This document shows positions 27,831 through 42,900 of a stretch of 64,000 nt of DNA, one piece after another (position 1 is the first letter of the stretch; every line of letters begins with the position of its first letter). The notes beneath the pieces are model-generated. The model was given only the letters and a program-made list of their open reading frames with translations, had not been told where the DNA came from and searched no databases. The position numbers were made by a program, and so were the translations under genes. The DNA is from Eledone cirrhosa. Lineage: Eukaryota. Location: positions 274,350,001-274,414,000 of the forward strand of contig OZ024741.1 in assembly GCA_964016885.1 (NCBI GenBank), read 5' to 3'.

Positions 27831-27937
27831 TGATAATATTTCAGAAAATATGAAAAATTGATGATTTTTTGGTGAGAAAATCTGTTGGGCAGTGGAAGGG
27901 GGAGGGTGAACAATACACTACTTACCTAACTCTTGTA

Positions 27938-30900
27938 TTAGAATGTGGTCATGCTGGGGCACTGCTGTTGTTGGTTTCAGTCATTAGACTGTGGACATGC
28001 TGGGGCACTGCTGTTGTTGGTTTCAGTCATTAGACTGTGGACATGCTGGGGCACTGCTGTTGTTGGTTTCAGTCATTAGACTGTGGACATGCTGGGGCAC
28101 TGCTGTTGTTGGTTTCAGTCATTAGACTGTGGACATGCTGGGGCACTGTTGTTGTTGGTTTCAGTCATTAGACTGTGGTCATGCTGGGGCACAGCTGTTG
28201 TTGGTTTCAGTCATTAGACTGTGGACATGCTGGGGCACTGCTGTTGTTGGTTTCAGTCATTAGACTGTGGACATGCTGGGGCACTGCTGTTGTTGGTTTC
28301 AGTCATTAGACTGTGGTCATGCTGGGGCGTTGCTGGGGTTGGTTTCAGTCATTAGACTGTGGCCATGCTGGGGCATTGCTGTGGTTGGTTTCAGTCATTA
28401 GACAGTGGCCATGCTGGGGCACTGCTGTTGTTGGTTTCAGTCATTAGACTGTGGCAATGCTGGGGCATTGCTGTTGCTGGTTTCAGTCATTATTATGTGG
28501 CCATGCTGGGGCACTGCTGTTGCTGGTTTCAGTCATTAGACTGTGGCCATGCTGGGGCACTGCTGTTGTTGGTTTCAGTCATTAGACTGTGGACATGCTG
28601 GGGCACTGCTGTTGTTGGTTTCAGTCATTAGACTGTGGACATGCTGGGGCACTGCTGTTGTTGGTTTCAGTCATTAGACTGTGGTCATGCTGGGGCACTG
28701 CTGTTGTTGGTTTCAGTCATTAGACTGTGGACATGCTGGGGCACTGCTGTTGTTGGTTTCAGTCATTAGACTGTGGATATGCTGGGGCACTGCTGTTGTT
28801 GGTTTCAGTCATTAGACTGTGGTCATGCTGGGGCGTTGCTGGGGTTGGTTTCAGTCATTAGACTGTGGCCATGCTGGGGCATTGCTGTGGTTGGTTTCAG
28901 TCATTAGACTGTGGCCATGCTGGGGCACTGCTGTTGTTGGTTTCAGTCATTAGACTGTGGCAATGCTGGGGCATTGCTGTTGCTGGTTTCAGTCATTATT
29001 CTGTGGCCATGCTGGGGCACTGCTGTTGCTGGTTTCAGTCATTAGACTGTGGCCATGCTGGGGCAATGCTGTTGTTGGTTTCAGTTATTAGACTGTGGCC
29101 ATGCTGGGGCACTGCTGTTGCTGGTTTCAGTTATTAGACTGTGGCCATGCTGGGGCACTGCTGTTGTTGGTTTCAGTCATTAGACTGTGGCCATGCTGGG
29201 GCACTGCTGTTGTTGGTTTCAGTCATTAGACTGTGACCATGCTGAGGCACTGCTGTTGCTGGTTTCAGTCATTAGACTGTGGCCATGCTGGGGCATTGCT
29301 GTTGCTGGTTTCAGTCATTAGACTGTGGCCATGCTGGGGCACTGCTGTTGCTGGTTTCAGTCATTAGACTGTGGCCATGCTGGGGCATTGCTGTTGCTGG
29401 TTTCAGTCATTAGACTGTGGCCATGCTGGGGCACTGCTTTTGCTGGTTTCAGTCATTAGACTGTGGCCATGCTGGGGCATTGCTGTTGCTGGTTTCAGTC
29501 ATTAGACTGTGGCCATGCTGGGGCACTGCTGTTGCTGGATTCAGTCATTAGACTGTGGCCATGCTGGGGCATTGCTGTTGCTGGTTTCAGTCATTAGACT
29601 GTGGCCATGCTGGGGCTCTGCTGTTGCTGGTTTCAGTCATTAGACTGTGACCATGCTGGGGCACTGCTGTTGCTGGTTTCAGTCATTAGACTGTGGCCAT
29701 GCTGGGGCATTACTTTTGCTGGTTTCAGTCATTAGACTGTGGCCATGCTGGGGCATTGCTGTTGCTGGTTTCAGTCATTTGACTGTGACCATGCTGGGGC
29801 ACTGCTGTTGCTGGTTTCAGTCATTAGACTGTGGCCATGCTGGGGCATTGCTGTTGCTGGTTTCAGTCATTTGACTGTGACCATGCTGGGGCACTGCTTT
29901 TGCTGGTTTCAGTCATTAGACTGTGGCCATGCTGGGGCACTGCTTTTGCTGGTTTCAGTCATTAGACTGTGGCCATGCTGGCGCATTGCTGTTGCTGGTT
30001 TCAGTCATTTGACTGTGACCATGCTGGGGCACTGCTTTTGCTGGTTTCAGTCATTAGACTGTGACCATGCTGTGGCACTGCTGTTACTGGTTTCAGTCAT
30101 TAGACTGTGGTCATGCTGGGGCACTGCTGTTACTGGTTTCAGTCATTAGACTGTGGCCATGCTGGGGCACTGCTGTTGTTGGTTTCAGTCATTAGACTGT
30201 GGCCATGCTGGGGCTCTGCTGTTACTGGTTTCAATCATTAGACTGTGGCCATGCTGGGGCACTGCTGTTGTTGGTTTCAGTCATTAGACTGTGGCCATGC
30301 TGGGGCACTGCTGTTGTTGGTTTCAGTCATTAGACTGTGGCCATGCTGGGGCACCTCTGTTGTTGGTTTCAGTCATTAGACTGTGGTCATGCTGGGGCGT
30401 TGCTGGGGTTGGTTTCAGTCATTAGACTGTGGCCATGCTGGGGCATTGCTGTGGTTGGTTTCAGTCATTAGACTGTGGCCATGCTGGGGCACTGCTGTTG
30501 TTGGTTTCAGTCATTAGACTGTGGCAATGCTGGGGCATTGCTGTTGCTGGTTTCAGTCATTATTCTGTGGCCATGCTGGGGCACTGCTGTTGCTGGTTTC
30601 AGTCATTAGACTGTGGCCATGCTGGGGCACTGCTGTTGTTGGTTTCAGTTATTAGACTGTGGCCATGCTGGGGCACTGCTGTTGCTGGTTTCAGTTATTA
30701 GACTGTGGCCATGCTGGGGCACTGCTGTTGTTGGTTTCAGTCATTAGACTGTGGCCATGCTGGGGCACTGCTGTTGTTGGTTTCAGTCATTAGACTGTGA
30801 CCATGCTGAGGCACTGCTGTTGCTGGTTTCAGTCATTAGACTGTGGCCATGCTGGGGCATTGCTGTTGCTGGTTTCAGTCATTAGACTGTGGCCATGCTG

Positions 30901-33900
30901 GGGCACTGCTGTTGCTGGTTTCAGTCATTAGACTGTGGCCATGCTGGGGCATTGCTGTTGCTGGTTTCAGTCATTAGACTGTGGCCATGCTGGGGCACTG
31001 CTTTTGCTGGTTTCAGTCATTAGACTGTGGCCATGCTGGGGCATTGCTGTTGCTGGTTTCAGTCATTAGACTGTGGCCATGCTGGGGCACTGCTGTTGCT
31101 GGATTCAGTCATTAGACTGTGGCCATGCTGGGGCATTGCTGTTGCTGGTTTCAGTCATTAGACTGTGGCCATGCTGGGGCTCTGCTGTTGCTGGTTTCAG
31201 TCATTAGACTATGACCATGCTGGGGCACTGCTGTTGCTGGTTTCAGTCATTAGACTGTGGCCATGCTGGGGCATTACTTTTGCTGGTTTCAGTCATTAGA
31301 CTGTGGCCATGCTGGGGCATTGCTGTTGCTGGTTTCAGTCATTTGACTGTGACCATGCTGGGGCACTGCTGTTGCTGGTTTCAGTCATTAGACTGTGGCC
31401 ATGCTGGGGCATTGCTGTTGCTGGTTTCAGTCATTTGACTGTGACCATGCTGGGGCACTGCTTTTGCTGGTTTCAGTCATTAGACTGTGGCCATGCTGGG
31501 GCACTGCTTTTGCTCGTTTCAGTCATTAGACTGTGGCCATGCTGGCGCATTGCTGTTGCTGGTTTCAGTCATTTGACTGTGACCATGCTGGGGCACTGCT
31601 TTTGCTGGTTTCAGTCATTAGACTGTGACCATGCTGTGGCACTGCTGTTACTGGTTTCAGTCATTAGACTGTGGTCATGCTGGGGCACTGCTGTTACTGG
31701 TTTCAGTCATTAGACTGTGGCCATGCTGGGGCACTGCTGTTGTTGGTTTCAGTCATTAGACTGTGGCCATGCTGGGGCTCTGCTGTTACTGGTTTCAATC
31801 ATTAGACTGTGGCCATGCTGGGGCACTGCTGTTGTTGGTTTCAGTCATTAGACTGTGGCCATGCTGGGGCACTGCTGTTGTTGGTTTCAGTCATTAGACT
31901 GTGGCCATGCTGGGGCACTGCTGTTACTGGTTTCAGTCATTAGACTGTGGCCATGCTGGGGCACTGCTGTTACTGGTTTCAGTCATTAGACTGTGGCCAT
32001 GCTGGGGCTCTGCTGTTGCTGGTTTCAGTCATTACACTGTGGCCATGCTGGGGCACTGCTGTTGCTGGTTTCAGTCATTAGACTGTGGACATGCTGGGGC
32101 ACTGCTGTTACTGGTTTCAGTTATTAGACTGTGACCATGGTGGGGCACTGCTGTTACTGGTTTCAGTCATTAGACTGTGGCCATGCTGGGGCACTGCTGT
32201 TACTGGTTTCAGTCATTAGACTGTGGACATGCTGGGGCACTGCTGTTGCTGGTTTCAGTCATTAGACTGTGGACATGGTGGGGCACTGCTGTTACTGGTT
32301 TCAGTCATTAGACTGTGGACATGGTGGGGCACTGCTGTTACTGGTTTCAGTCATTAGACTGTGACCATGCTGGGGCACTGCTGTTGCTGGTTTCAGTCAT
32401 TAGACTGTGGCCATGCTGGGGCACTGCTGTTACTGGTTTCAGTCATTAGACTGTGGCCATGCTGGGGCACTGCTGTTGCTGGTTTCAGTCATTAGACTGT
32501 GACCATGCTGGGGCACTGCTGTTGCTGGTTTCAGTCATTAGACTGTGGCCATGCTGGGGCAATGCTGTTGCTGGTTTCAGTCATTAGACTGTGGCCATGC
32601 TGGGGCACTGCTGTTTCTGGTTTCAGTCATTAGACTGTGGACATGGTGGGGCACTGCTGTTACTGGTTTCAGTCATTAGACTGTGGACATGGTGGGGCAC
32701 TGCTGTTACTGGTTTCAGTCATTAGACTGTGGACATGGTGGGGCACTGCTGTTACTGGTTTCAGTCATTAGACTGTGGACATGCTGGGGCACTGCTGTTA
32801 CTGGTTTCAGTCATTACACTGTGGCCATGCTGGGGCACTGCTGTTACTGGTTTCAGTCATTAGACTGTGGCCATGCTGGGGCACTGCTGTTGCTGGTTTC
32901 AGTCATTAGACTGTGGCCATGCTGGGGCACTGCTGTTACTGGTTTCAGTCATAAGACTGTGGCCATGCTGGGGCACTGCTGTTGCTGGTTTCAGTCATTA
33001 GACTGTGACCGTGCTGTGGCATTGCTGTTACTGGTTTCAGTCATTAGACTGTGGACATGGTGGGGCACTGCTGTTACTGGTTTCAGTCATTAGACTGTGG
33101 ACATGGTGGGGCACTGCTGTTACTGGTTTCAGTCATTAGACTGTGGACATGGTGGGGCACTGCTGTTACTGGTTTCAGTTATTAGACTGTGACCATGCTG
33201 GGGCACTGCTGTTACTGGTTTCAGTCATTAGACTGTGGACATGGTGGGGCACTGCTGTTACTGGTTTCAGTCATTAGACTGTGGACATGCTAGGGCACTG
33301 CTGTTACTGGTTTCAGTCATTAGACTGTGGCCATGCTGGGACACTGCTGTTACTGGTTTCAGTCATTAGACTGGCCGTGCTGGGGCACTGCTGTTGCTGG
33401 TTTCAGTCATTAGACTGTGGACATGCTGGGGCGCTGCTGTTGCTGGTTTCAGTCATTAGACTGTGGAAATGCTGGGGCACTGCTGTTACTGGTTTCAGTC
33501 ATTAGACTGTGACCATGCTGGGGCACTGCTGTTGCTGGTTTCAGTCATTAGACTGTGGACATGCTGGGGCACTGCTGTTACTGGTTTCAGTCATTAGACT
33601 GTGTCCATGCTGGGGCTCTGCTGTTGCTGGTTTCAGTCATTAGACTGTGGCCATGCTGGGGCACTGCTGTTACTGGTTTCAGTTATTAGACTGTGACCAT
33701 GCTGGGGCTCTGCTGTTGCTGGTTTCAGTCATTAGACTGTGGCCATGCTGGGGCACTGCTGTTACTGGTTTCAGTTATTAGACTGTGGACATGGTGGGGC
33801 ACTGCTGTTACTGGTTTCAGTCATTAGACTGTGTCCATGCCGGGGCACTGCTGTTGCTGGTTTCAGTCATTAGACTGTGGACATGGTGGGGCACTGCTGT

Positions 33901-36900
33901 TACTGGTTTCAGTCATTAGACTGTGGACATGGTGGGGCACTGCTGTTACTGGTTTCAGTCATTAGACTGTGACCATGCTGGGGCACTGCTGTTGCTGGTT
34001 TCAGTCATTAGACTCTGGCCATGCTGGGGCACTGCTGTTACTGGTTTCAGTCATTAGACTGCGGCCATGCTGGGGCACTGCTGTTGCTGGTTTCAGTCAT
34101 TAGACTGTGACCATGCTGGGGCACTGCTGTTGCCGGTTTCAGTCATTAGACTGTGGCCATGCTGGGGCACTGCTGTTGCTGGTTTCAGTCATTAGACTGT
34201 GGCCATGCTGGGGCACTGCTGTTTCTGGTTTCAGTCATTAGACTGTGGACATGGTGGGGCATTGCTGTTGCTGGTTTCAGTCATTAGACTGTGACCATGC
34301 TGGGGCACTGCTGTTACTGGTTTCAGTCATTAGACTGTGGACATGGTGGGGCACTGCTGTTACTGGTTTCAGTCATTAGACTGTGGACATGGTGGGGCAC
34401 TGCTGTTACTGGTTTCAGTCATTAGACTGTGGACATGCTGGGGCACTGCTGTTACTGGTTTCAGTCATTAGACTGTGGCCATGCTGGGGCACTGCTGTTG
34501 CTGGTTTCAGTCATTAGACTGTGGACATGCTGGGGCACTGCTGTTACTGGTTTCAGTCATTAGACTGTGGACATGCTGGGGCACTGCTGTTACTGGTTTC
34601 AGTCATTAGACTGTGGACATGCTGGGGCACTGCTGTTACTGGTTTCAGTTATTAGACTGTGACCATGCTGGGGCACTGCTGTTGCTGGTTTCAGTCATTA
34701 GACTGTGGACATGCTGGGGCACTGCTGTTACTGGTTTCAGTCATTAGACTGTCGACATGCTGGGGCACTGCTGTTGCTGGTTTCAGTCATTAGACTGTGG
34801 ACATGCTGGGGCACTGCTGTTACTGGTTTCAGTTATTAGACTGTGACCATGCTGGGGCACTGCTGTTACTGGTTTCAGTCATTAGACTGTGGACATGCTG
34901 GGGCACTGCTGTTACTGGTTTCAGTTATTAGACTGTGACCATGCTGGGGCACTGCTGTTGCTGGTTTCAGTCATTAGACTGTGGCCATGCTGGGGCACTG
35001 CTGTTGCTGGTTTCAGTCATTAGACTGTGGACATGCTGGGGCACTGCTGTTACTGGTTTCAGTTATTAGACTGTGACCATGCTGGGGCACTGCTGTTACT
35101 GGTTTCAGTCATTAGACTGTGGCCATGCTGGGGCACTGCTGTTGCTGGTTTCAGTCATTAGACTGTGGCCATGCTGGGGCACTGCTGTTGTTGGTTTCAG
35201 TCATTAGACTGTGGCCATGCTGGGGCACTGCTGTTGCTGGTTTCAGTCATTAGACTGCTGCCATGCTGGGGCACTGCTGTTGCTGGTTTCAGTCATTAGA
35301 CTGTGGCCATGCTGAGGCACTGCTGTTGCTGGTTTCAGTCATTAGACTGTGACCATCCTGGGGCACTTCTGTTGTTGGTTTCAGTCATTAGACTGTGACC
35401 ATGCTGGTGCACTGCTGTTGTTGGTTTCAGTCATTAGACTGTGGCCATGCTGGGGCACTGCTGTTGCTGGTTTCAGTCATTAGACTGTGACCATCCTGGG
35501 GCACTTCTGTTGTTGGTTTCAGTCATTAGACTGTGACCATGCTGGTGCACTGCTGTTGTTGGTTTCAGTCATTAGACTGTGACCATGCTGGGGCACTGCT
35601 GTTGCTGGTTTCAGTCATTAGACTGTGACCATGCTGGGGCACTGCTGTTGCTGGTTTCAGTCATCAGACTGTGGCCATGCTGGGGCACTGCTGTTGTTGG
35701 TTTCAGTCATTAGACTGTGGTCATGCTGGGGCACTGCTGTTGCTGGTTTCAGTCATTAGACTGTGACCATGCTGGGGCACTGCTGTTGCTGGTTTCAGTC
35801 ATTAGACTGTGGCCATGCTGGGGCACTGCTGTGGTTGGTTTCAGTCATTAGACTGTGGTCATGCTGGGGCACTGCTGTTGCTGGTTTCAGTCATTAGACT
35901 GTGGCCATGCTGGGGCACTGCTGTTGCTGGTTTCAGTCATTAGACTGTGGCCATGCTGGGGCACTGCTGTTGCTGGTTTCAGTCATTAGACTGTGGACAT
36001 GGTGGGGCACTGCTGTTACTGGTTTCAGTCATTAGACTGTGGACATGGTGGGGCACTGCTGTTACTGGTTTCAGTCATTAGACTGTGGACATGGTGGGGC
36101 ACTGCATTTACTGGTTTCAGTCATTAGACTGTGGACATGGTGGGGCACTGCTGTTACTGGTTTCAGTTATTAGACTGTGACCATGCTGGGGCACTGCTGT
36201 TACTGGTTTCAGTCATTAGACTGTGGACATGCTGGGGCACTGCTGTTACTGGTTTCAGTCATTAGACTGTGGACATGCTAGGGCACTGCTGTTACTGGTT
36301 TCAGTCATTAGACTGTGGCCATGCTGGGACACTGCTGTTACTGGTTTCAGTCATTAGACTGGCCGTGCTGGGGCACTGCTGTTGCTGGTTTCAGTCATTA
36401 GACTGTGGACATGGTGGGGCACTGCTGTTACTGGTTTCAGTCATTAGACTGTGGACATGCTGGGGCACTGCTGTTACTGGTTTCAGTCATTAGACTGTGG
36501 ACATGCTGGGGCACTGCTGTTACTGGTTTCAGTTATTAGACTGTGACCATGCTGGGGCACTGCTGTTGCTGGTTTCAGTCATTAGACTGTGGACATGCTG
36601 GGGCACTGCTGTTACTGGTTTCAGTCATTAGACTGTGGACATGCTGGGGCACTGCTGTTGCTGGTTTCAGTCATTAGACTGTGACCATGCTGGGGCACTG
36701 CTGTTACTGGTTTCAGTCATTAGACTGTGACCATGCTGGGGCACTGCTGTTGCTGGTTTCAGTCATTAGACTGTGGCCATGCTGGGGCACTGCTGTTACT
36801 GGTTTCAGTCATTAGACTGTGACCATGCTGGGGCACTGCTGTTGCTGGTTTCAGTCATTAGACTGTGGCCATGCTGGGGCACTGCTGTTGCTGGTTTCAG

Positions 36901-39900
36901 TCATTAGACTGTGGCCATACTGGGGCACTGCTGTTTCTGGTTTCAGTCATTAGACTGTGAACATGGTGGGGCACTGCTGTTGCTGGTTTCAGTCATTAGA
37001 CTGTGACCATGCTGGGGCACTGCTGTTACTGGTTTCAGTCATTAGACTGTGACCATGCTGGGGCACTGCTGTTGCTGGTTTCAGTCATTAGACTGTGGCC
37101 ATGCTGGGGCACTGCTGTTACTGGTTTCAGTCATTAGACTGTGACCATGCTGGGGCACTGCTGTTTCTGGTTTCAGTCATTAGACTGTGGCCATGCTGGG
37201 GCACTGCTGTTGCTGGTTTCAGTCATTAGACTGTGGCCATGCTGGGGCACTGCTGTTGCTGGTTTCAGTCATTAGACTGTGGACATGGTGGGGCACTGCT
37301 GTTACTGGTTTCAGTCATTAGACTGTGGACATGGTGGGGCACTGCTGTTACTGGTTTCAGTCATTAGGCTGTTGACATGGTGGGGCACTGCTGTTACTGG
37401 TTTCAGTCATTAGACTGTGGACATGCTGGGGCACTGCTGTTACTGGTTTCAGTCATTAGACTGTGGCCATGCTGGGGCACTGCTGTTGCTGGTTTCAGTC
37501 ATTAGACTGTGGACATGGTGGGGCACTGCTGTTACTGGTTTCAGTCATTAGACTGTGGCCATGCTGGGGCACTGCTGTTACTGGTTTCAGTCATTAGACT
37601 GTGGACATGCTGGGGCACTGCTGTTGCTGGTTTCAGTCATTAGACTGTGGACATGGTGGGGCACTGCTGTTACTGGTTTCAGTCATTAGACTGTGGACAT
37701 GCTGGGGCACTGCTGTTACTGGTTTCAGTCATTAGACTGTGGGCATGCTGGGGCACTGCTGTTACTGGTTTCAGTTATTAGACTGTGACCATGCTGGGGC
37801 ACTGCTGTTGCTGGTTTCAGTCATTAGACTGTGGACATCCTGGGGCACTGCTGTTGCTGGTTTCAGTCATTAGACTGTGGACATGCTGGTGCACTGCTGT
37901 TGCTGGTTTCAGTCATTAGACTGTGGCCATGCTGGGGCACTGCTGTTGCTGGTTTCAGTCATTAGACTGTGGACATGCTGGTGCACTGCTGTTGCTGGTT
38001 TCAGTCATTAGACTGTGGCCATGCTGGGGCACTGCTGTTACTGGTTTCAGTTATTAGACTGTGACCATGCTGGGGCACCGCTGTTACTGGTTTCAGTCAT
38101 TAGACTGTGGCCATGCTGGGGCACTGCTGTTGCTGGTTTCAGTCATTAGACTGTGGCCATGCTGGGGCACTGCTGTTGTTGGTTTCAGTCATTAGACTGT
38201 GGCCATGCTGGGGCACTGCTGTTACTGGTTTCAGTCATTAGACTGTGACCATGCTGGGGCACTGCTGTTACTGGTTTCAGTCATTAGACTTTGGCCATGC
38301 TGGGGCACTGCTGTGGTTCGTTTCAGTCATTAGACTGTGGACATGCTGGGGCACTGCTGTTGCTGGTTTCAGTCATTAGACTGTGGCCATGCTGGGGCAC
38401 TGCTGTGGTTGGTTTCAGTCATTAGACTGTGGTCATGCTGGGGCACTGCTGTTGCTGGTTTCACTCATTAGACTGTGACCATGCTGGGGCACTGCTGTTG
38501 CTGGTTTCAGTCATTAGACTGTGGCCATGCTGGGGCACTGCTGTTGCTGGTTTCAGTCATTAGACTGTGGCCATGCTGGGGCACTGCTGTTGTTGGTTTC
38601 AGTTATTAGACTGTGGCCATGCTGGGGCACTGCTGTTGCTGGTTTCAGTCATTAGACTGTGGCCATGCTGGGGCACTGCTGTTGTTGGTTTCAGTCATTA
38701 GACTGTGGCCATGCTGGGGCACTGCTGTTGTTGGTTTCAGTCATTAGACTGTGGCCATTCTGGGGCACTGCTGTTGCTGGTTTCAGTCATTAGACTGTGG
38801 ACATGCTGGGGCACTGCTGTTACTGGTTTCTGTCATTAGACTGTGGCCATGCTGGGGCACTGCTGTTGCTGGTTTCAGTCATTAGACTGTGGCCATGCTG
38901 GGGCACTGCTGTTGCTGGTTTCAGTCATTAGACTGTGGTCATGCTGGGGCACTGCTGTTGCTGGTTTCAGTCATTAGACTGTGACCATACTGGGCCACTG
39001 CTGTTGCTGGTTTCAGTCATTAGACTGTCACCATGCTGGGGCACTGCTGTTGCTGGTTTCAGTCATTAGACTGTGACCATCCTGGGGCACTTCTGTTGTT
39101 GGTTTCAGTCATTAGACTGTGACCATGCTGGTGCACTGCTGTTGTTGGTTTCAGTCATTAGACTGTGACCATGCTGGGGCACTGCTGTTGCTGGTTTCAG
39201 TCATTAGACTGTGACCATGCTGGGGCACTGCTGTTGCTGGTTTCAGTCATCAGACTGTGGCCATGCTGGGGCACTGCTGTTGTTGGTTTCAGTCATTAGA
39301 CTGTGGCCATGCTGGGGCAATGCTCTTGCTGGTTTCAGTCATTAGACTGTGGCCATGCTGGGGCACTGCTGTTGTTGGTTTCAGTCATTAGACTGTGGCC
39401 ATGCTGGGGTACTGCTGTTGCTGGTTTCAGTCATTAGACTGTGGCCATGCTAGGGCACTGCTGTTGTTGGTTTCAGTCATTAGACTGTGACCATGCTGGG
39501 GCACTGCTGTTGTTGGTTTCAGTTATTAGACTGTGACCATGCTGGGGCACTGCTGTTTTTGGTTTCAGTCATTAGACTGTGACCATGCTGGGGCACTGCT
39601 GTTGCTGGTTTCAGTTATTAGACTGTGGCCATGCTGGGGCACTGCTGTTGCTGGTTTCAGTCATTAGACTGTGGCCATGCTGGGGCACTGCTGTTGTTGG
39701 TTTCAGTTATTAGACTGTGGCCATGCTGGGGCACTGCTGTTGCTGGTTTCAGTCACTAGACTGTGACCATGCTGGGGCACTGCTGTGGTTGGTTTCAGTC
39801 ATTAGACTGTGGTCATGCTGGGGCACTGCTGTTGCTGGTTTCAGTCATTAGACTGTGACCATACTGGGGCACTGCTGTTGCTGGTTTCAGTCATTAGACT

Positions 39901-42900
39901 GTGACCATGCTGGGGCACTGCTGTTGCTGGTTTCAGTCATTAGACTGTGACCATCCTGGGGCACTTCTGTTGTTGGTTTCAGTCATTAGACTGTGACCAT
40001 GCTGGGGCACTGCTGTTGTTGGTTTCAGTCATTAGACTGTGACCATGCTGGGGCACTGCTGTTGCTGGTTTCAGTCATTAGACTGTGACCATGCTGGGGC
40101 ACTGCTGCTGCTGGTTTCAGTCATCAGACTGTGGCCATGCTGGGGCACTGCTGTTGTTGGTTTCAGTCATTAGACTGTGGCCATGCTGGGGCAATGCTGT
40201 TGCTGGTTTCAGTCATTAGACTGTGGCCATGCTGGGGCACTGCTGTTGTTGGTTTCAGTCATTAGACTGTGGCCATGCTGGGGTACTGCTGTTGCTGGTT
40301 TCAGTCATTAGACTGTGGCCATGCTAGGGCACTGCTGTTGCTGGTTTCAGTCATTAGACTGTGGCCATGCTGGGGCACTGCTGTTGTTGGTTTCAGTCAT
40401 TAGACTGTGGCCATGCTGGGGCACTGCTGTTGCTGGTTTCAGTCATTAGACTGTGACCATGCTGGGGCACTGCTGTTGTTGGTTTCAGTCATTAGACTGT
40501 GACCATGCTGGGGCACTGCTGTTGTTGGTTTCAGTCATTAGACTGTGACCATGCTGGGGCACTGCTGTTGCTGGTTTCAGTTATTAGACTGTGGCCATGC
40601 TGGGGCACTGCTGTTGTTGGTTTCAGTCATTAGACTGTGACCATGCTGGGGCACTGCTGTTGCTGGTTTCAGTTATTAGACTGTGACCATGCTGGGGCAC
40701 TGCTGTTTTTGGTTTCAGTCATTAGACTGTGACCATGCTGGGGCACTGCTGTTGCTGGTTTCAGTTATTAGACTGTGGCCATGCTGGGGCACTGCTGTTG
40801 CTGGTTTCAGTCATTAGACTGTGGCCATGCTGGGGCACTGCTGTTGTTGGTTTCAGTTATTAGACTGTGGCCATTCTGGGGCACTGCTGTTGCTGGTTTC
40901 AGTCACTAGACTGTGACCATGCTGGGGCACTGCTGTTGTTGGTTTCAGTCATTAGACTGTGACCATGCTGGGGCACTGCTGTTGCTGGTTTCAGTCATTA
41001 GACTGTGGTTATGCTGGGGTACTGCTGTTGCTGGTTTCAGTCATTAGACTGTGGCCATGTTGGGGCACTGCTGTTGCTGGTTTCAGTCATTAGACTGTGG
41101 CCATGCTGGGGCTCTGCTGTTACTGGTTTCAGTCATTAGACTGCGACCATGCTGGGGCACTGCTTTTGTTGGTTTCAGTGATTAGACTGTGGTCATGCTG
41201 GGGCACTGCTGTTGCTGGTTTCAGTCATTAGACTGTGGCCATTCTGGGGCACTGCTGTTGTTGGTTTCAGTCATTAGACTGTGGTCATGCTGGGGCACTG
41301 CTTTTGCTGGTTTCAGTCATTAGACTGTGACCATGCTGGGGCACTGCTGTTGCTGGTTTCAGTCATTAGACTGTGGTCATGCTGGGGCACTGTTGTTGCT
41401 GGTTTCAGTCATTAGACTGTGACCATGCTGGGGCACTGCTTTTGTTGGTTTCAGTCATTAGACTGTGACCATGCTGGGGCACTGCTGTTGCTGGTTTCAG
41501 TCATTAGACTGTGGTCATGCTGGGGCACTGCTGTTGCTGGTTTCAGTCATTAGACTGTGACCATGCTGGGGCACTGCTGTTGTTGGTTTCAGTCATTAGA
41601 CTGTGACCATGCTGGGGCACTGCTGTTGCTGGTTTCAGTCATTAGTCTGTGGTCATGCTGGGGCACTGCTGTTGCTGGTTTCAGTAATTAGACTGTGACC
41701 ATGCTGGGGCACTGCTGTTGCTGGTTTCAGTCATTAGACTGTGGTCATGCTGGGGCACTGCTGTTGCTGCTTTCAGTCATTAGACTGTGGTCATGCTGGG
41801 GCACTGCTGTTGCTGGTTTCAGTCATTAGACTGTGGCCATGCTGGGGCACTGCTGTTGTTGGTTTCAGTCATTAGACTGTGGCCATGCTGGCGCACTGCT
41901 GTTGCTGGTTTCAGTTATTAGACTGTGACCATAGTGGGGCACTGCTGTTACTGGTTTCAGTCATTAGACTGTGACCATGCTGGGGCACTGCTGTTGCTGG
42001 TTTCAGTCATTAGACTTTGGCCATGCTGGGGCACTGCTGTGGTTCGTTTCAGTCATTAGACTGTGGTCATGCTGGGGCACTGCTGTTGCTGGTTTCAGTC
42101 ATTAGACTGTGGCCATGCTGGGGCACTGCTGTGGTTGGTTTCAGTCATTAGACTGTGGTCATGCTGGGGCACTGCTGTTGCTGGTTTCAGTCATTAGACT
42201 GTGACCATGCTGGGGCACTGCTGTTGCTGGTTTCAGTCATTAGACTGTGGCCATGCTGGGGCACTGCTGTGGTTGGTTTCAGTCATTAGACTGTGGTGAT
42301 GCTGGGGCACTGCTGTTGCTGGTTTCAGTCATTAGACTGTGACCATGCTGGGGCACTGCTGTTGTTGGTTTCAGTCATTAGACTGTGGCCATGCTGGGGC
42401 ACTGCTGTTGTTGGTTCCTGTTATTAGACTGTGGCCATGCTGGGGCACTGCTGTTGCTGGTTTCAGTCATTAGACTGTGGCCATGCTGGGGCACTGCTGT
42501 TGTTGGTTTCAGTCATTAGACTGTGGCCATGCTGGGGCACTGCTGTTGTTGGTTTCAGTCATTAGACTGTGGCCATTCTGGGGCACTGCTGTTGCTGGTT
42601 TCAGTCATTAGACTGTGGACATGCTGGGGCACTGCTGTTACTGGTTTCTGTCATTAGACTGTGGCCATGCTGGGGCACTGCTGTTGCTGGTTTCAGTCAT
42701 TAGACTGTGGCCATGCTGGGGCACTGCTGTTGCTGGTTTCAGTCATTAGACTGTGGTCATGCTGGGGCACTGCTGTTGCTGGTTTCAGTCATTAGACTGT
42801 GACCATACTGGGGCACTGCTGTTGCTGGTTTCAGTCATTAGACTGTCACCATGCTGGGGCACTGCTGTTGCTGGTTTCAGTCATTAGACTGTGACCATCC

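Noticed and set aside
35655-35675. Hammerhead satellite: variant units read CTGATGA-CT-GAAAC on the minus strand
   Set aside because: No stem II, only ~2 bp of possible stem I, and the consensus is CTAATGA; a chance product of the hairpin.
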